NCBI RefSeq assembly: GCF_009914755.1
Contig: NC_060933.1
Reading direction: 5' to 3' (one strand)
Origin: the human T2T-CHM13v2.0 reference genome, Homo sapiens
Length of the DNA: 64,000 nt
Shown one piece after another: positions 30,995-46,899 of this stretch (position 1 is the stretch's first letter; each line of letters begins with the position of its first letter). The notes under the pieces are model-generated. The model was not told the DNA's origin. It saw only the letters and a list, made by a program, of their open reading frames with translations, and did no database searches. The position numbers and the translations under genes are program-made.

Positions 30995-33900
30995 TTTAGT
31001 TTTTATTTTTAATTTTTATGAAAACATAATAGTTGTACATATTTATAGAGTACCTGTGATATTTTGATACAAGCATACAGTGTGTAATGATCAGATATGG
31101 GTAACTGGGATATTCATTACCTCAAACATTTATTGTTTCCTTGTGTTGAGAAAGTTGTGAAATACAAAATAAATTACTGTTAACTATAGTTGCCCTATTG
31201 TGCTACCAAACACTAGATCTTACTCCTTCTATCTATCTAACTGTATTTTTATATCCATTAACCAACCCCTTTTCATGCCCTCCTCCCACTACCCTTCCCA
31301 GTTTTTGCTAAACACCATTCTGTTCACTACCTCCCATTTTTTTAGCCCACACATATGAGTAAGAGCATGATATTTGTCTTTCTGTACCTGGCTTATTTCA
31401 CTTAACATAATGTCCTCCAATTCCATCTATGTTGCTACAAATGACAAAATTTCATTCTTTCTTCTGGCTGAATAATATTCCATTGTGTACATATACCACA
31501 TTTCCTTTACCCATTCATTCATTGATGGATACTTAGGTTGATTCCATATTTTGGCTATTGTGAATAGTGCTGCTGCAATAAACATGGGAATGCAGATATC
31601 TCTCTGATACACTGAGTTCTTATCTTTTGGCCATATACCAACTAGTGGGATTGCTGGATCATATGGTAGTTCTATGGTTAGTTTTATTGACAAATCTCCA
31701 CAGTGCTTTTCAGTGTGGAGATTTCCAGTAGCTGTACGAATTTACATTCCTACCAGCAGTGTATGAGCACTTCCCTTTCTCCACATCCTCCTTATCATTT
31801 GTCATTTTCTGTCTTTTTGATAATAGCCACTTTAACTGGGGTGCAAGGATATCTCATTGTGATTTTGATTTGCATTTCTGTGATCATCAATCATGTTGAG
31901 CATTTTTTCATTTATGTGTTGGCCATTTGATTTTCTTCTTTTGAGAAATATGTCTATTCAGATCTTTTGCCCCTTTCAAAATCAGAGTATTTGTTGTTGT
32001 TGTTTTTTTTTTTTTTTTTTTTTGCTATTGAGTTGTTTGAGCATCATGGTGTATTCTGATTATTAATCCCTTATCCGATGAATACTTTGCAAATATTTTC
32101 TCCCATTCTGTAGGTTGTCTCTTCACGTTGTTGATTTTTTCCTTTCCTGTGCAGAAGGTTTTTCATTCGATGTAATCCCATTTGTCAATTTTTGCTGTGG
32201 TTTCCTGTGCTTTTGAGGTCTTACTCAATAAATCTTTGCTCGGACCAATGTCCTGAAGGATTTTACCTAAGTTTTGTTCTAGTAGGTTCACAGTTTTGAG
32301 GCTTACATTTAACTCTGTAATCCATTTTAAGTTGATTTTTGTATATGGTGAGAGATCAGGGTCAAGCTCCACTCTTCTGCATATGGTTACTCAGTTTTCC
32401 CAGCACCATTTATTAAAGATACTGTTGTTTCCCCAGTGTATGTTCTTAGGGCCTTTGATGAAAATCAGTTGGCTATAAATACATGGATTTGTTTCTGTGT
32501 TCTCTATTTCGTTCCTTTGGTGTATATGTCTGTTTTTATGCCATAAACATGCTTTTTATTTTTTATCACTGCAGCTTTGTAGTATATTTTGAAGTCAGAT
32601 AGTGTGATGTCTCCAGCTTTGTTCTTTTTGTTCAGGGTTGCTTTGTATACTCAGGCTTTTTTGTGATTTCACATGAATTTTAGGCTTGCTTTTTCTATAT
32701 CTGTGAAGAATGTCACTTGATAGGAATTGTCTTGAGTCTATAGTTAACATTGGGTAGTATGGACATTTTAACAATATTAATTTTTCTAATTCATGAATAT
32801 GAGTTTTTTTATTTTTTGTGTCCTCTTCAATTTCTTTTATCAGTGTTTTACAGTTTTTATTGTACAGATCTTTTACCTCTTTGGTTAAATTTATTCCTAG
32901 GCATTTTATATTTTTGTAGCTATGGTGAATGGGATTGCTTCCTTGATTTTCAGATTGTTCACTATTGGCATATGGAAATGCTACTGGTTTTTGTATGTTG
33001 ATTTTGTATTCTGCCACTTTGCTGAAATAGTTAACCAGTTGTAACAGCTTTTTAGTGAAGTCTTTAGCTTATCCTAAATATAAGATCATGTCATTTGCAA
33101 ACAGTGACAATTTGACTTCCTCTTTTCCAATGCTCTTTATTTCTTTTTTAATAGCTCTGTCTAGGACTCTTTCACCACTTTTCAATAAAAGAAAACGATG
33201 TGATTGACCACTTTTCAATAAAAGTGGTGAAAGTAAATATCCTTGTCTTGTTCTAGATCTTAGAGAAAGGATCTTAGGGGAAAGTGAATATCTTTGTCTT
33301 GTTCTATGTTAGAGAAAAGGCTTTCAACTTTTCCCTATTCAGTACGATGTTAACCGTGGGTTTATCATATATGAACATTAATGTTTTAAGGTATGTTCTT
33401 TCTATACCTAATTTGTTGAGAGGGTTTTTTTTTAATCACAAAGAGGAGTTGAATTTTATCAAACACTACTTCTGCGTCTATTGAGATAATCACAAGGTTT
33501 TGTTCTTTATTCTCTTGATGTGATGTATGTGATGTATCACATTTATTGATATTTGTAGGTTGAAGCATCCTTGCATCCCTGGGGGAAAATACCACCTGAT
33601 CATGGTGTATAATCTTTTTTCTGTGCTGTTGGATTTTGTTTTCTAGGGTTTTTTTTAAAAGAGTTTTGCATTTATGCTCATTAAAAATATTGGCCTATAG
33701 TTTTTTTTGTTGTGTCCTTGTCTGGTTTTGGTATCAGGGTAATGCTGGCCTTAAAAAAGATTTGGAAGCATTCTCTCCCCTTTGATTTTTCAAAATAGTT
33801 TGAGAATAATTGGCATTAGCTTATCTTTAAAAGTTAGGTAGGATTCATCTGTAAAGCCATATGGTCCTAGACTTTTCTTTGTTAGACTTTTTATTACTGA

Positions 33901-35495
33901 TTCAATCACATTATTCATTATTGTTCTATTCAGGTTTCCTGTTTCTTCATGGTTCAATCTTGGTAGGTTATATGTGTCCAAGAATATATCTATTTTATAA
34001 GTTTTCAATTTGTTGATGTAAATTGTTCATAATGGTCTGTAATGACCTTTTGTATTTCTGTTTTATCAGTTGTAATATCTCCTTTTTATCTCTGATTCTA
34101 TTCCATTGAGTTTTTCTTTTCATTAGTCTACCTAAAGATTTGTTGATTTTGTCTACCTTTTCAAAACAATATTTTCATTTGGTTGATCTTTCATATTTTT
34201 AGTCTCAATTTTATTTATTTTTGTTGTGATCTTTAGTATTTCTTCTTCCTGTAATTTTGGGTTTGATTTATTCTTGCTTTTCTAGTTTCATGAGGTGCAT
34301 CATTATATTTGAAATCTTTCTACCTTTTTATATAGGCATTTATTTCTATAAACTACCCCTCTTAGTACTGCTGCTGCTTTTGATATATAACATAAATTTT
34401 GGTATGTTGTGTTTCTATTTTTATTTGTTTTAAGAAATTCTTAAATATTCTTTTTAATTTCGTTATTTACCCATTGGTTGTTCAGGAGCATGTTGTATTG
34501 GTGCATTTTCCAAAGTTCCTCTTGTTATTGATTTCTAGTTTTATTCCATTGTGGTCAAAAAAGATACTTGATGTGATTTTAATTTTTAAAAATGTGTTGA
34601 GACTTGTTTTGTGGCCTAACATATGGTCTATGCTGAAGAATGCTCCATGTGCTCATGAGAAGAATATATACACGTTCTCCAGCTGTTGAATGACATTTTC
34701 TGTAAAAGTTAGGTTTATTTGCTCTAGAGTGTAGTTTAAGTCCAATGTTCCTTTGCTGATTTTCTCTTTGGATGATCTGTTCGGTGCTGAAAGTAGGGTG
34801 TTGAAGTCTCCTATTATTGAAATGCAGTCTGTCTCTCCCTTTAGATCTAGTATTTGCTCTGGTGTTGGGTGGGTGTATACTCATAATTGTTATACCTTCT
34901 TGCTGAATTGATCCTTTTATCATTATATAATAATCTCCTTTGTCTCTTTTTAGGATTTCTAATGTGAAGTCTATTTTATCTGATAAAAGTACAACTACCG
35001 CTGCTTTCTTTTGCTTTCCATTTGCATGGAATATCTTCATGTGTCCTTACGGGTGAGGTGAGTCTTTTGTCGGCAGCATATAGCTGGGTCTTTAAAAAAA
35101 TACCTCATTTAGCCACTATGTATCTTTTAACTGCAGAATTTAATCCATTTACATTCTAGGTTATTATTGACACGTATGAACTTACTCTTGCCATTGTTAA
35201 AGTGTTTTCTAGTTGCTTTGTAGAGCCTTTGGTCCCTTCTTCTTCTCTTGCTTTCTTCTCTTGTGGCTTCATGGCTCTCTGTAGTAGTATGTTTTGGTTC
35301 TTTTCCTTTTATCTTTTGTGTATCCATTACAGGTTTTGCTTTGTGACTACCCTGTGGCTTACATAAAACATGTTATACTTATAACAGGTTAATTTAAGCT
35401 GATAACAGTTAATTTTGATTGCATACACAAACTTTTCACTCTAACTTCCTTTTCTCCCATGTTTGATGTTTTTGATGTCACACTTTACATCTTTT
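30995..35495 (-). mobile_element. L1MA-type element, about 4.5 kb (3'UTR through ORF2 to the inter-ORF region)
   Basis: Multiple minus-strand ORF2 remnants (ELPYDPAIPL; IISIDAE; FLDTYNLPRLNHEE; KIFHANGKQKKA). Confidence 0.92.
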
Positions 35496-36309
35496 TATAA
35501 TAACAAAAATAACATAAGTAATAATTTCATATACAATAATATAAATAAAAATAATAGGCCTCCTCAGCCACTCAGGCCTTTGCTGCTCCTCCAGAGAGGG
35601 ACTTGCAAACATTCAAAGAATTTGCATGCCATAGACCAGGCCAGGAAGAACTGTGACCGGATTCACAAGGCCTTCCCAGGCCTTACTGGGCATCCTTACC
35701 TGGTGCCCACAAACAGGGAGTACTTAGAACATATTTTCTGGTGCCTCTGATGACAGGCACTGCTTTGGACTGGAGTGGAAAGTAGGGCACCAAACCCATC
35801 CCTGGGGCCTTCACTTTCTAGCCAGATGCAGTCCTCCCCCCAACCAGGGGTCTTAAGAAACTTTCTGGAGACTCATCGGGCCAACCAGACCCATGCAACA
35901 AGGTACCCTTCTCAGGCCTTCACACCTGGCCCCATCTGAGCAGCCCCCAAAGCCTTCCTGACCACTGGCTCCCATCCAGGCTCTCCCCAGTTCCATGGTC
36001 CATTCATATTTGTCCTGGCCTCCAGAGAGGGGTTTAGATACAATTTTGCAGGGTGCCTCCTATGACCAATCCCCACTCAGTCCACCAGGTGGAAGGGATG
36101 CCCACCCTGGCCTCCATGACTAGTTAGGGAATGTCTCAGCTAGCTAATTGGGAAAGAGAAACGTTTTAGGGAGTGCTGTATGCAACTGTGCCCCACGCAA
36201 AACTGTAGCCATGTCAGAGACCCTTCCTGGAGGCTCCCTGTCCAGCTTTGACTGATCTCTGTAGGAAATACAGACATTCCCATAGGGGAAGTAAGAAACT
36301 CTTGGAGAC

Positions 36310-38100
<1,791 letters not shown>

Positions 38101-38507
38101 TCTAAGGCATTCATGGTATCGCAGTATGATTCTAATTTGCATTCTCATGAATTTGCTATTTTCATTTACTGTTTCATCATGGACATTTTTCCATGTTACT
38201 ACATGTAAGTCTCCCGCCCTGAAGAAATAAACCAAAACATAAATTAACGGTACTGTATAGATGTACCAGAATTTTTTAAACCTGGCTCCTCTGAATGGCT
38301 ATGTTTTCTTTATTTTTTGTTATTAGAAGTAATGGTGAAATCAGTATTCTTATCACACATGTATTTGCACCGATGTTCCCCACACCCATTTGTTGTCATT
38401 TGACTTTGTCCTGGTACGTGCACAGATAAATTTTCTTTAAACTTTATGCTATCAAGTTAATCAATCGTGTCCTTGATGGCTTTCGAGTTGTCTTTGTTGT
38501 ATACATG

Positions 38508-38645
38508 CCTTTTTATTTTTATTTTAAGAGACAGCGGTCTATTTGTGTTGCCCAGGCTGGTCTCAAACTGCTAGCCTCAAGCGATCCTCTCGCCTCAGCC
38601 TCCCAAGTCGCTAGGATTACAGGCGTGAACAACCGTGACGGGCTC
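38508..38645 (-). mobile_element. FLAM_C-like monomer
   Basis: T-rich tail followed by an antisense Alu left monomer. Confidence 0.85.
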
Positions 38646-38739
38646 TGTTCTATGCTTTAAAGATCTTCTCTGTTCAGAAATTTTAGAATTAAAGTGTTTT
38701 CAACAAAGCTTTCATGGTTGCAGTTTTTCATCCCATACC

Positions 38740-39610
38740 TGAGGGCACGGTATTTTCTAAGTCCGCTTGCGCGGCTCTGGAAAGCCCGGCCTGGCAGGGC
38801 GCCCGGCCCGCAGGCTCGCGGTTACATTTTCCACGGGCCAGACTGGGAATCACGTAGGGAGAGTCTGTACTCTTCCCAGCAGTCAGCCTTCCCTTATGCT
38901 GCTGGGGACGCGTCGTGCTGACCCGGAGCTCGGAGAGGAGCCAGACGCGCTCCACCCACTCAGGTCTGAGAAGCGATCCGACATGGACTACTGCCATTTG
39001 CGCCGTTGTCGGGCTCCACCTGGCGGCCGATGTTACGTATTGCACTTGTTCTCTGGAGCTCCCGCGAGAGAGAGAAGTGGCCGCTGTGCACCAGCGTCGA
39101 GTTCCAGGATGTCCCTAGCGTTAGCAGGATTGTTCCGCCTGCTAGCAAAGCATTCGCTCCCCATCTGTTCGTGGGAGCTTGGACCTGCAGCTTAAGCTCG
39201 GAGGAGGCTCTTGCCGCGCTCTTAGCCCTGGATGCTCTGTGGTGGGGCAACATGCGGGTCGACCAGCAACCCCCAGTGCCTGCCCCTCCAACACGAGACC
39301 TATCGGGGTCAACACGAACCATCTTGAAAGGGTGTTTGGAGGCCTCCCCGCGTGTGTCCCGATACCAGTACCTTCCATTTGACCCCATTTTCCTCAAGTT
39401 CTGCCTCAGAGGTGGGGACCGGCAGCTGTACTCAGAGGACCGCGGAGGGGGCTCCACCAGCCTGCACTAGGTCCCGCGTCGGTGCGCATCCTCAGACCTG
39501 CCTTTTCCGAGGCCCGCTTGGGAGGTGACAAGGGACTGGAGAAGAACCAGGTGCCCCGGGGAGGGCGTCTCAGATTCTGTCTGTGTGGAGCAGGACCCTG
39601 ACGCCACGGG
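38740..39610. promoter_or_regulatory. CpG-rich island, candidate promoter/first exon
   Basis: Abrupt rise in GC and CpG in non-repeat sequence. Contains a CTCF-like motif at 39010-39029 and a minus-strand donor CAG|GTATGG at its left edge (38739). Confidence 0.6.
39010..39029 (-). promoter_or_regulatory. Candidate CTCF site
   Basis: Minus strand CGGCCGCCAGGTGGAGCCC closely matches the CTCF core CC(A/G)CCAG(G/A)(G/T)GGCGC. Confidence 0.5.
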
Positions 39611-40199
39611 GAGGTTCCTTATGTTTTTGGCCTCTTCCCACATACCTTAACCTCTTCCCAAATACTGGGAACCCCAGGATTCATTTGGCTGCCGAAACTG
39701 TCCAAGCTCTAGGCTGCAGGCACCAACCTATTCCAGTATAGTCCTTTGCTCCAGGACACCTGGGCCGCTTTCCTGAGGGAAGAACATTCCCTTTATCAGG
39801 CAGAGACCCTGGCCACCCATGCCATTCACAAGCTGTTCCTGCCAGATCTGCCGGCACTCAGTCATCCTGGGCCATCAGGCTACTGAGTTCCGGGAGATGG
39901 TGAGTGCTCAGGGTGTGTGTGTGGCCGGCCAGAGGTGTCAGAGCCCAAAGTAGCTGGGAAGTAGCCAGAGGAAAGCCAAGTCCCCAGTCATCTGATGCTA
40001 ACCTCGAACTTCTCATCCTTCTCCTTCCTCCTGCATTGCTCCTTCCAGGCATTCTTTAATCACAGCTGTGTTGGAGGCTGGGATTCCAGACCCAGCACTA
40101 ACAGGGTACAGCCACAGCTGCAGCATCTCACCGTGACCTAGAGCCTGGCCCAGCTACCCAACTCAGGCAGTTCATCTAGCACAGCATCCCTGGGAGGTG

Positions 40200-40310
40200 G
40201 CCACTGTGAGATTCACTTCGGATTAGGAACTGAGGCTCCAAAGCCACAAGTGACTTGCCCAACATCAGGTAGAAGGATTAGAATTTAGGTCTGCCGGCCT
40301 CTAAAGCTGT
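40200..40310 (+). mobile_element. MIR fragment
   Basis: GGAACTGAGGCTCC...AAGTGACTTGCCCAA...GGATTAGAATTTAGGTCTG. Confidence 0.7.
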
Positions 40311-40984
40311 CTCCCAAAGAATAGACCATTAACCAAGGAGACAGGTTATTTCCAGGTAATACAATGAAGTAATGTAACTACAAAGAAGGATGAGTAATCA
40401 TGGTGGGGGCAGGATGGGGGGGCTCTCCCTGCATCTGTCTCTTCTCTTCCTCCTGCCCCCAGGCCCAGCCACTGAACACGCTCCTGGACCTTGACGTGCT
40501 GGGCTTCCATGTTGTCCTGTCTTGGCTCAGACACCACAGAAGGATCACTCCCCTTCCGGTGATAATGGAGTTCTTCATTACTAAAGTGTGCAGTCATGAA
40601 ATCCATTACTAACCCTGAGACTCTCGGGCAAGAGGTGACAGGTCAGCTAAGTGGGAGAACAGTAGCAAAGTATAATGGAATAAGATGGGGAGGCTTCCAA
40701 TCAGAGAAGGACAGTAAACACAGACACAAGCTGGGTGGCCTCCACACCTGTATTCAGTCCCCCAAGGTACTGTGGGGAAGAAGACATCTGCAACTCAGTA
40801 AAATCACATCTAAATCCTTAAAAAGGATTCTTCTCCTCTATACATTAGTCAAAACCCTCATGGGTACTTTATCCAGATATGAACATAAAATAGTATTTTC
40901 TGCACATCTAATTAGCAACAATTCAGGACCATTACAATAGTCCAGGTGGCGAGGACCAGTGAGATCCTTTGATGCTTCTCTTGA

Positions 40985-41260
40985 AAAATGTACATGGTGC
41001 CATTTTTTGCAGCATCATTTGGCAATATGTATTAAGAAGCTGTAAAATGTTTACAGCCTTTGACCTACAAATCGTACCTCTGGGAATTTTTAGGAATATA
41101 ATATTCAGAGATGCTGACAAAGACCTGTGTACAGAATGTTCGTTGCAAACCAGCTCTGTTCTATGCTTTAAAGAGCCCATTATTCACAATAGCTGAAAAT
41201 TGGAAGCAACTTCCATGACCAATGAATAGGAAAAAAGTAAAGAAAATTGTTGGGGTCGGG
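40985..41260 (+). mobile_element. L1ME ORF2-end fragment
   Basis: CCTTTGACCTACAAATCGTACCTCTGGGAATTT...TATTCACAATAGCTGAAAATTGGAAGCAAC. Confidence 0.65.
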
Positions 41261-41579
41261 GGACTCTACAATAAAAATCATAATACTTTCCAAATGTTTT
41301 AGAAAGAATGTTGATGCTACGGGGGAAATGAGGGAGCTTCCTAATGAAGCATATTAAACTTAATAGATCTCAAAGGCGACTCTCGTTTTCACACTCAAAT
41401 ATGACTCTTCCTTTTCTTCTCTCAGTGAAAAGCACTGAGATGGGAAAAGTCCCCAACTTCTCCCAGTTTCCCACGTCAAAAATCTAGAATTTGTTCTTGA
41501 TTCTTTCCTTTCTCTCTCACTGGACAGCCACTGCTACAATCAGTCCTGCTGGGGCTGTTTCAAATGAATACCTCTGGGC

Positions 41580-41790
41580 CATCCCCTTCCCTATCTTCAC
41601 CCTCCCACTTCCTCGTCTTCCTTTCCTCTCTTTTCCTCCCTCCTTGTCCCTTATCTACTCCCTCCCCTCCTTGCCCTTCTCTTCATCTCCCTTACCCTAT
41701 TACTCCCTCCTCTCCCTATCTGCGCCTGTCCCTCCCCTTCCCACCCCACCTTACCCTGCCATCACTTCATTCTCACTAGGTCTCCTCTCT
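41580..41790. repeat. CT-rich polypyrimidine low-complexity tract
   Basis: About 200 bp almost entirely C/T on the plus strand. Confidence 0.85.
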
Positions 41791-42785
41791 CAGGGATGAC
41801 CCCAATGTCCTTCTGCTACTTGAGGGGCTCCCAGCTTCCTTCTTTAGCCCAGAGCCCCTTCTGTGCCCACAGCCAGAGGCCTCCCATGGAATGTAAGTCC
41901 TTCACTCACTCCCTGTTGGACTCCCCACAAGTGGATTCCTTGCTACTTAGAGCAAAACACAAAGCTCTTCCTGTGGAACTGAGCTTCGACTGGTGGGGGA
42001 CATAAGAGGCAGCCACTGGCCCAACCAGCCAAGGCCTAAAGCTCGCAGAAGAGAAATTCTCATTAGCAGAATTTTCAGTCGTTGGAGCTGAGCTGCAGGA
42101 TGTTTGAGTGTGGAGACCTAGCACAAAATGTACCAATGGGGGGCTGGTCCGAGTCTTCAGTCCCCTACCATGCTCCCTACCTCTATACTGTGTGCTCCTG
42201 TCACTCTAGCTTCCTTCTGCATGGAATGCCTCCTTTCTATTTTCTGTGGTCACACCTCTGCAGTGAGCCCCATGAGACCCACCAACTTCAGAAGCTGCCC
42301 CTGACACCTCTAGCAGTAGACAGGTGTGTCCTGTGCTGTCCATGCCCTTCCTTTGTACCTATAAGCTGGTGACTCTGTTCTATAAATAGTTAGGTCCCTG
42401 TCTCATCTTCCCAGCCGGACTGTGAGGTATTCATGGTGGGATCTATGTCTGATCCATCTCAGGGAGTCCCGTGGAGCTTGACCTAATGCCCGGCATGTGG
42501 GAATCCCAGAGAGGAAACAGCATGTGCAAAGGCTGGAGACCTGATGGCACCTGTGGCAATACGGAAGAGTCCATGTGTGTAAAGGGCAACAAAATAGAGC
42601 AGTATTAGATAAAATAAATATTCTTGAGTGCATACTGATATAAATAAATGATTAAATAAGTTAATGAATGAGGGAAAGGAGATAAATTTCCCATGCAGGA
42701 TTTCAAATGAATTATGTTATATATTCCATCCCAAAGGAGAGCGAGAATAACTCCCCACTCCTTATGTGTGGGCTGCACACAGTGA

Positions 42786-43379
<594 letters not shown>

Positions 43380-44180
43380 GATATTCTTCAATTAGAAACT
43401 GAGGTTGCTGATCTGAGACCCTTATTCTTTTCTAATACAGTAGTATCATAAATTTCCCTTCAGGTACTGCTTCAGTGACAACCGACAAATTCTTTGTTGT
43501 TTTTCTATTTCCAATAACTTCAAATAACTTTCTAATATTCCTTTAGATTTCTTCTTTGTCCTATGAGTTATTTAGAAGTGAGTTAATTTCCAAATATTTG
43601 GGGATATTTAAAGGATCTTTCTGTTACTGGTTTTTAATTTTATTCCATTGTGGCCTGAGAACATACTTTGTAGTTGAATACTTTTTTATTTATTGAGGTT
43701 TTTAATGGGCTATAATGTGGTCTATCTCCATAAATGTTCCGTGCACAGTTGAGAAAATGTGTATTTTGCTTTTATAGGGTGGAGTATTCTATAAATATAA
43801 ATCAGGTCAAGTTGGTTGATGGTGTTGTTCAAGTCCAATACATTCTTGCTGATTTATTGCCTATTTATTCTATGAAGTGTTGAGAGTGGGATTAAAATCT
43901 CTGATGGTTATCTCTATCTCTACTTATTGTTTTATTACTTTTCTTCATACATTTTGAAGCTTTTTTTGTTAGGTACAAAAAGACATAAGTTTGTTATGTC
44001 TTCTTCATTAACTAACCACATTATCAGTAAGAAATAATCTCTTTAATCCCTGGTAATAGTCTTTGCTCTGAAGTCTATTTTGGCATTCGTATAGCCACCT
44101 CAGCTTTCTTTTGACTAGTCTTGGCATGGTATATCTTTTTCCATCCTCTTACATCTAACCTATTTGCATCTTTATATTTA

Positions 44181-44576
<396 letters not shown>

Positions 44577-45092
44577 TTAAATGTAATGTAATTCCTAATA
44601 TGGTTGAGTCTCTTATCTTGCTATTGTTTTCTACTCATCACATCTGTCCTTTATTCTCTTTTACATCTTTTTCTGTCTTCTTTTGGATTTACCCAATATA
44701 TTTTTATGATTCCATTTGATCTCCTTTGTTAGTTTAATAGCTGTAATCTTTTGGTTTGTTATCTTAGTGGTGGCTCCAGGGTTTACAGTGTACACCTTTA
44801 ACTGATCACGGCTGACCTTCAGGTGACAGTAGATCACATCATGTACAGTTTAAGAATCTGAGAATAGTAAACTTCCCCCCTTTTAGTCTTTAAGCTCTTA
44901 TTGTCATCCATTTTACTTTTACATATATTATAAACTGCATATTACTTTATTTCCTAAACAATTATCTTTTAGAGAAGTTTAAATAATATAAAGTATATAT
45001 CCATGTTGTTACTATTTCTGGTATAGATACACGATGTTACTATTTCTGGTGTAGACCATTTCTTTGTGTGGATCCAGATTTCCATCTGGTAT

Positions 45093-46899
45093 TGCTACGG
45101 GATCCTTGAGGTATTACTTCATCAGCCAAAAGCCTCTATGGCCAGTGGCGCCTTTTCCAGAGTTTTGCTCTGGATCTCTGGTCTTGTTCCACCCACTCGG
45201 CCTGGCAGGCTGTGCTCAGTTCCCACTATGAGCCTGGATCGCTTGTCTGCCAAGGGTAAGCCAGGCACGGAGGAGCAAGGGGTGTGTGAGCAAGCATGGG
45301 GTCCGGCCACTGCACACAGCCAGGCATGCCGGCTGAGGGGGGATAGGTGATGGGCAGGCAGCTTCAGGCACTGGCACGGGTGCCAGCTCCATGCAAGGCT
45401 GCAGCTAGACCAGGCATACCATAAGCAGCTTCCACGGCTGACACCAGGGAATGTGGTGGTGCCCAGAACCCTGGAGATGCCAGGAACCCACAGAGCCCTA
45501 AAGAGGGTGTCACAGCCCTGGCTCGGAGTTCCTAGGTCTGGGCTCCCTGAAGAGCCACAGCTCTTCTCTTCTCTCTTCTCATTGCTTGCAATGTGACAAA
45601 CAAGGGGCATGTTTCAGCGCTGTTTGTGTTATAGCTATTTTAGCTCCGCCATTCAGCAGGTCTCCAGTTCTTGTCCTGAGACCAGGAAGAATGATATATG
45701 CAGACAAGTGGAAGGTGAACAAGATGAAGAGGAGCTTTACCGAGAGATAAGACAGCTCAGAGGAGACCCGCAGTGGGTAGCTCCTCTCCATAGCCAGGGT
45801 GTCCTGTTGAGTACTGAGCTCTCAGCAGAGAGGGCAGCTCCTCTCTGCAGGCAGGTCATCCCGTTGTCTCTTCAGCTCTCAGCACAGAGGGTATCTCCTC
45901 CCTGAAGACTGGCGGCCCACCCCCTAGGCTTCAGCCCCACCCCAGCTTGCAGGTGGGGCTTCATTGGAAACCTGCTCCCTTCCACCCAAGAGCCTGTTTG
46001 CCTCCTGTCATTGTTCATGGCACCCACGTTATTCATGCCAAGGAGTACCTGCAGGCCAGTGCCAAGCTTTCCTCAGCCCCACTTCAGCCTCCTTCCCATG
46101 CTTGTCAGCCTCCACAGTCCAAAGGGGGCCAAGGGGCTGGCATGTCAGCACTACTCCAAGCATGCACACATGCAGCTGGGATGCGAAAGTGCTGAGAGAG
46201 AGACAGTGCCCCAGGTTGTGAACTGTGACAGGAGCAGATGCTAACAGTAAGGAGAACACGGACAGTGGGAGCAGGCACTTCCTATCCTGCAGGGAAAGGG
46301 GTGCCTTCCTGGGCCCCCAAGAGTACGGAGATTCCTGGGTCCACAGCTGCAGCTTGGGTGGCTGCAGCTGCACTTGGGAGGGCGGGGCTCCTGCCTACTC
46401 TTGGCTCCCAAGAGCACAGGAGTGCCCTGGTAGCAGCCACAGCTTGGGTGGCTGCAGTTGCACCTGGGAAGCTCCCACTCTACCAACTTTCTGGCTCCAT
46501 AAAGCATGCAGCCCTAGCCATACCACTGGTCTGCATTTTCCCCTTAGTGGCAGCAGGCAAGGTGCGGGTGGCTGGTGGCCTCAGCCAACCCCGCGCAAAC
46601 AAACCCAATGCTCCTGGGGCCACCCCACAAGTCCTGGCTGCACTATCAGCTCACAGACTCCTGAGACGCAGCACACAGCGAGATTGAAGGCACGGCAGAG
46701 GTTCCGGGCCTGCAGTGGGTCCTGCCCAGTTGTGCAAGGGTCGGGGTGGTGCAGTCAGCTGCCTCAGGGATGTAGGGCACAGGGGACCCACCACTACCAC
46801 TGCTGCTCCCACAGCCACTTCTGCCACCACCACTTGTGCCTCCATACTGCAGCTGGCGTGATAATAGTGGCTGCTCCAGATGGCACACCGCTGCCATTA
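45093..46899 (-). mobile_element. MER52A-like (ERV1) solo LTR
   Basis: TGCTACGGGATCCTTG...CTGCCATTA is the reverse of the MER52 termini; exact 4-bp TSD GTAT. Confidence 0.88.

Noticed and set aside
38694-39470. ORFs of 105-165 aa in the first CpG island
   Set aside because: They overlap on both strands, mostly have non-ATG starts and show no recognisable homology, as expected from GC content.
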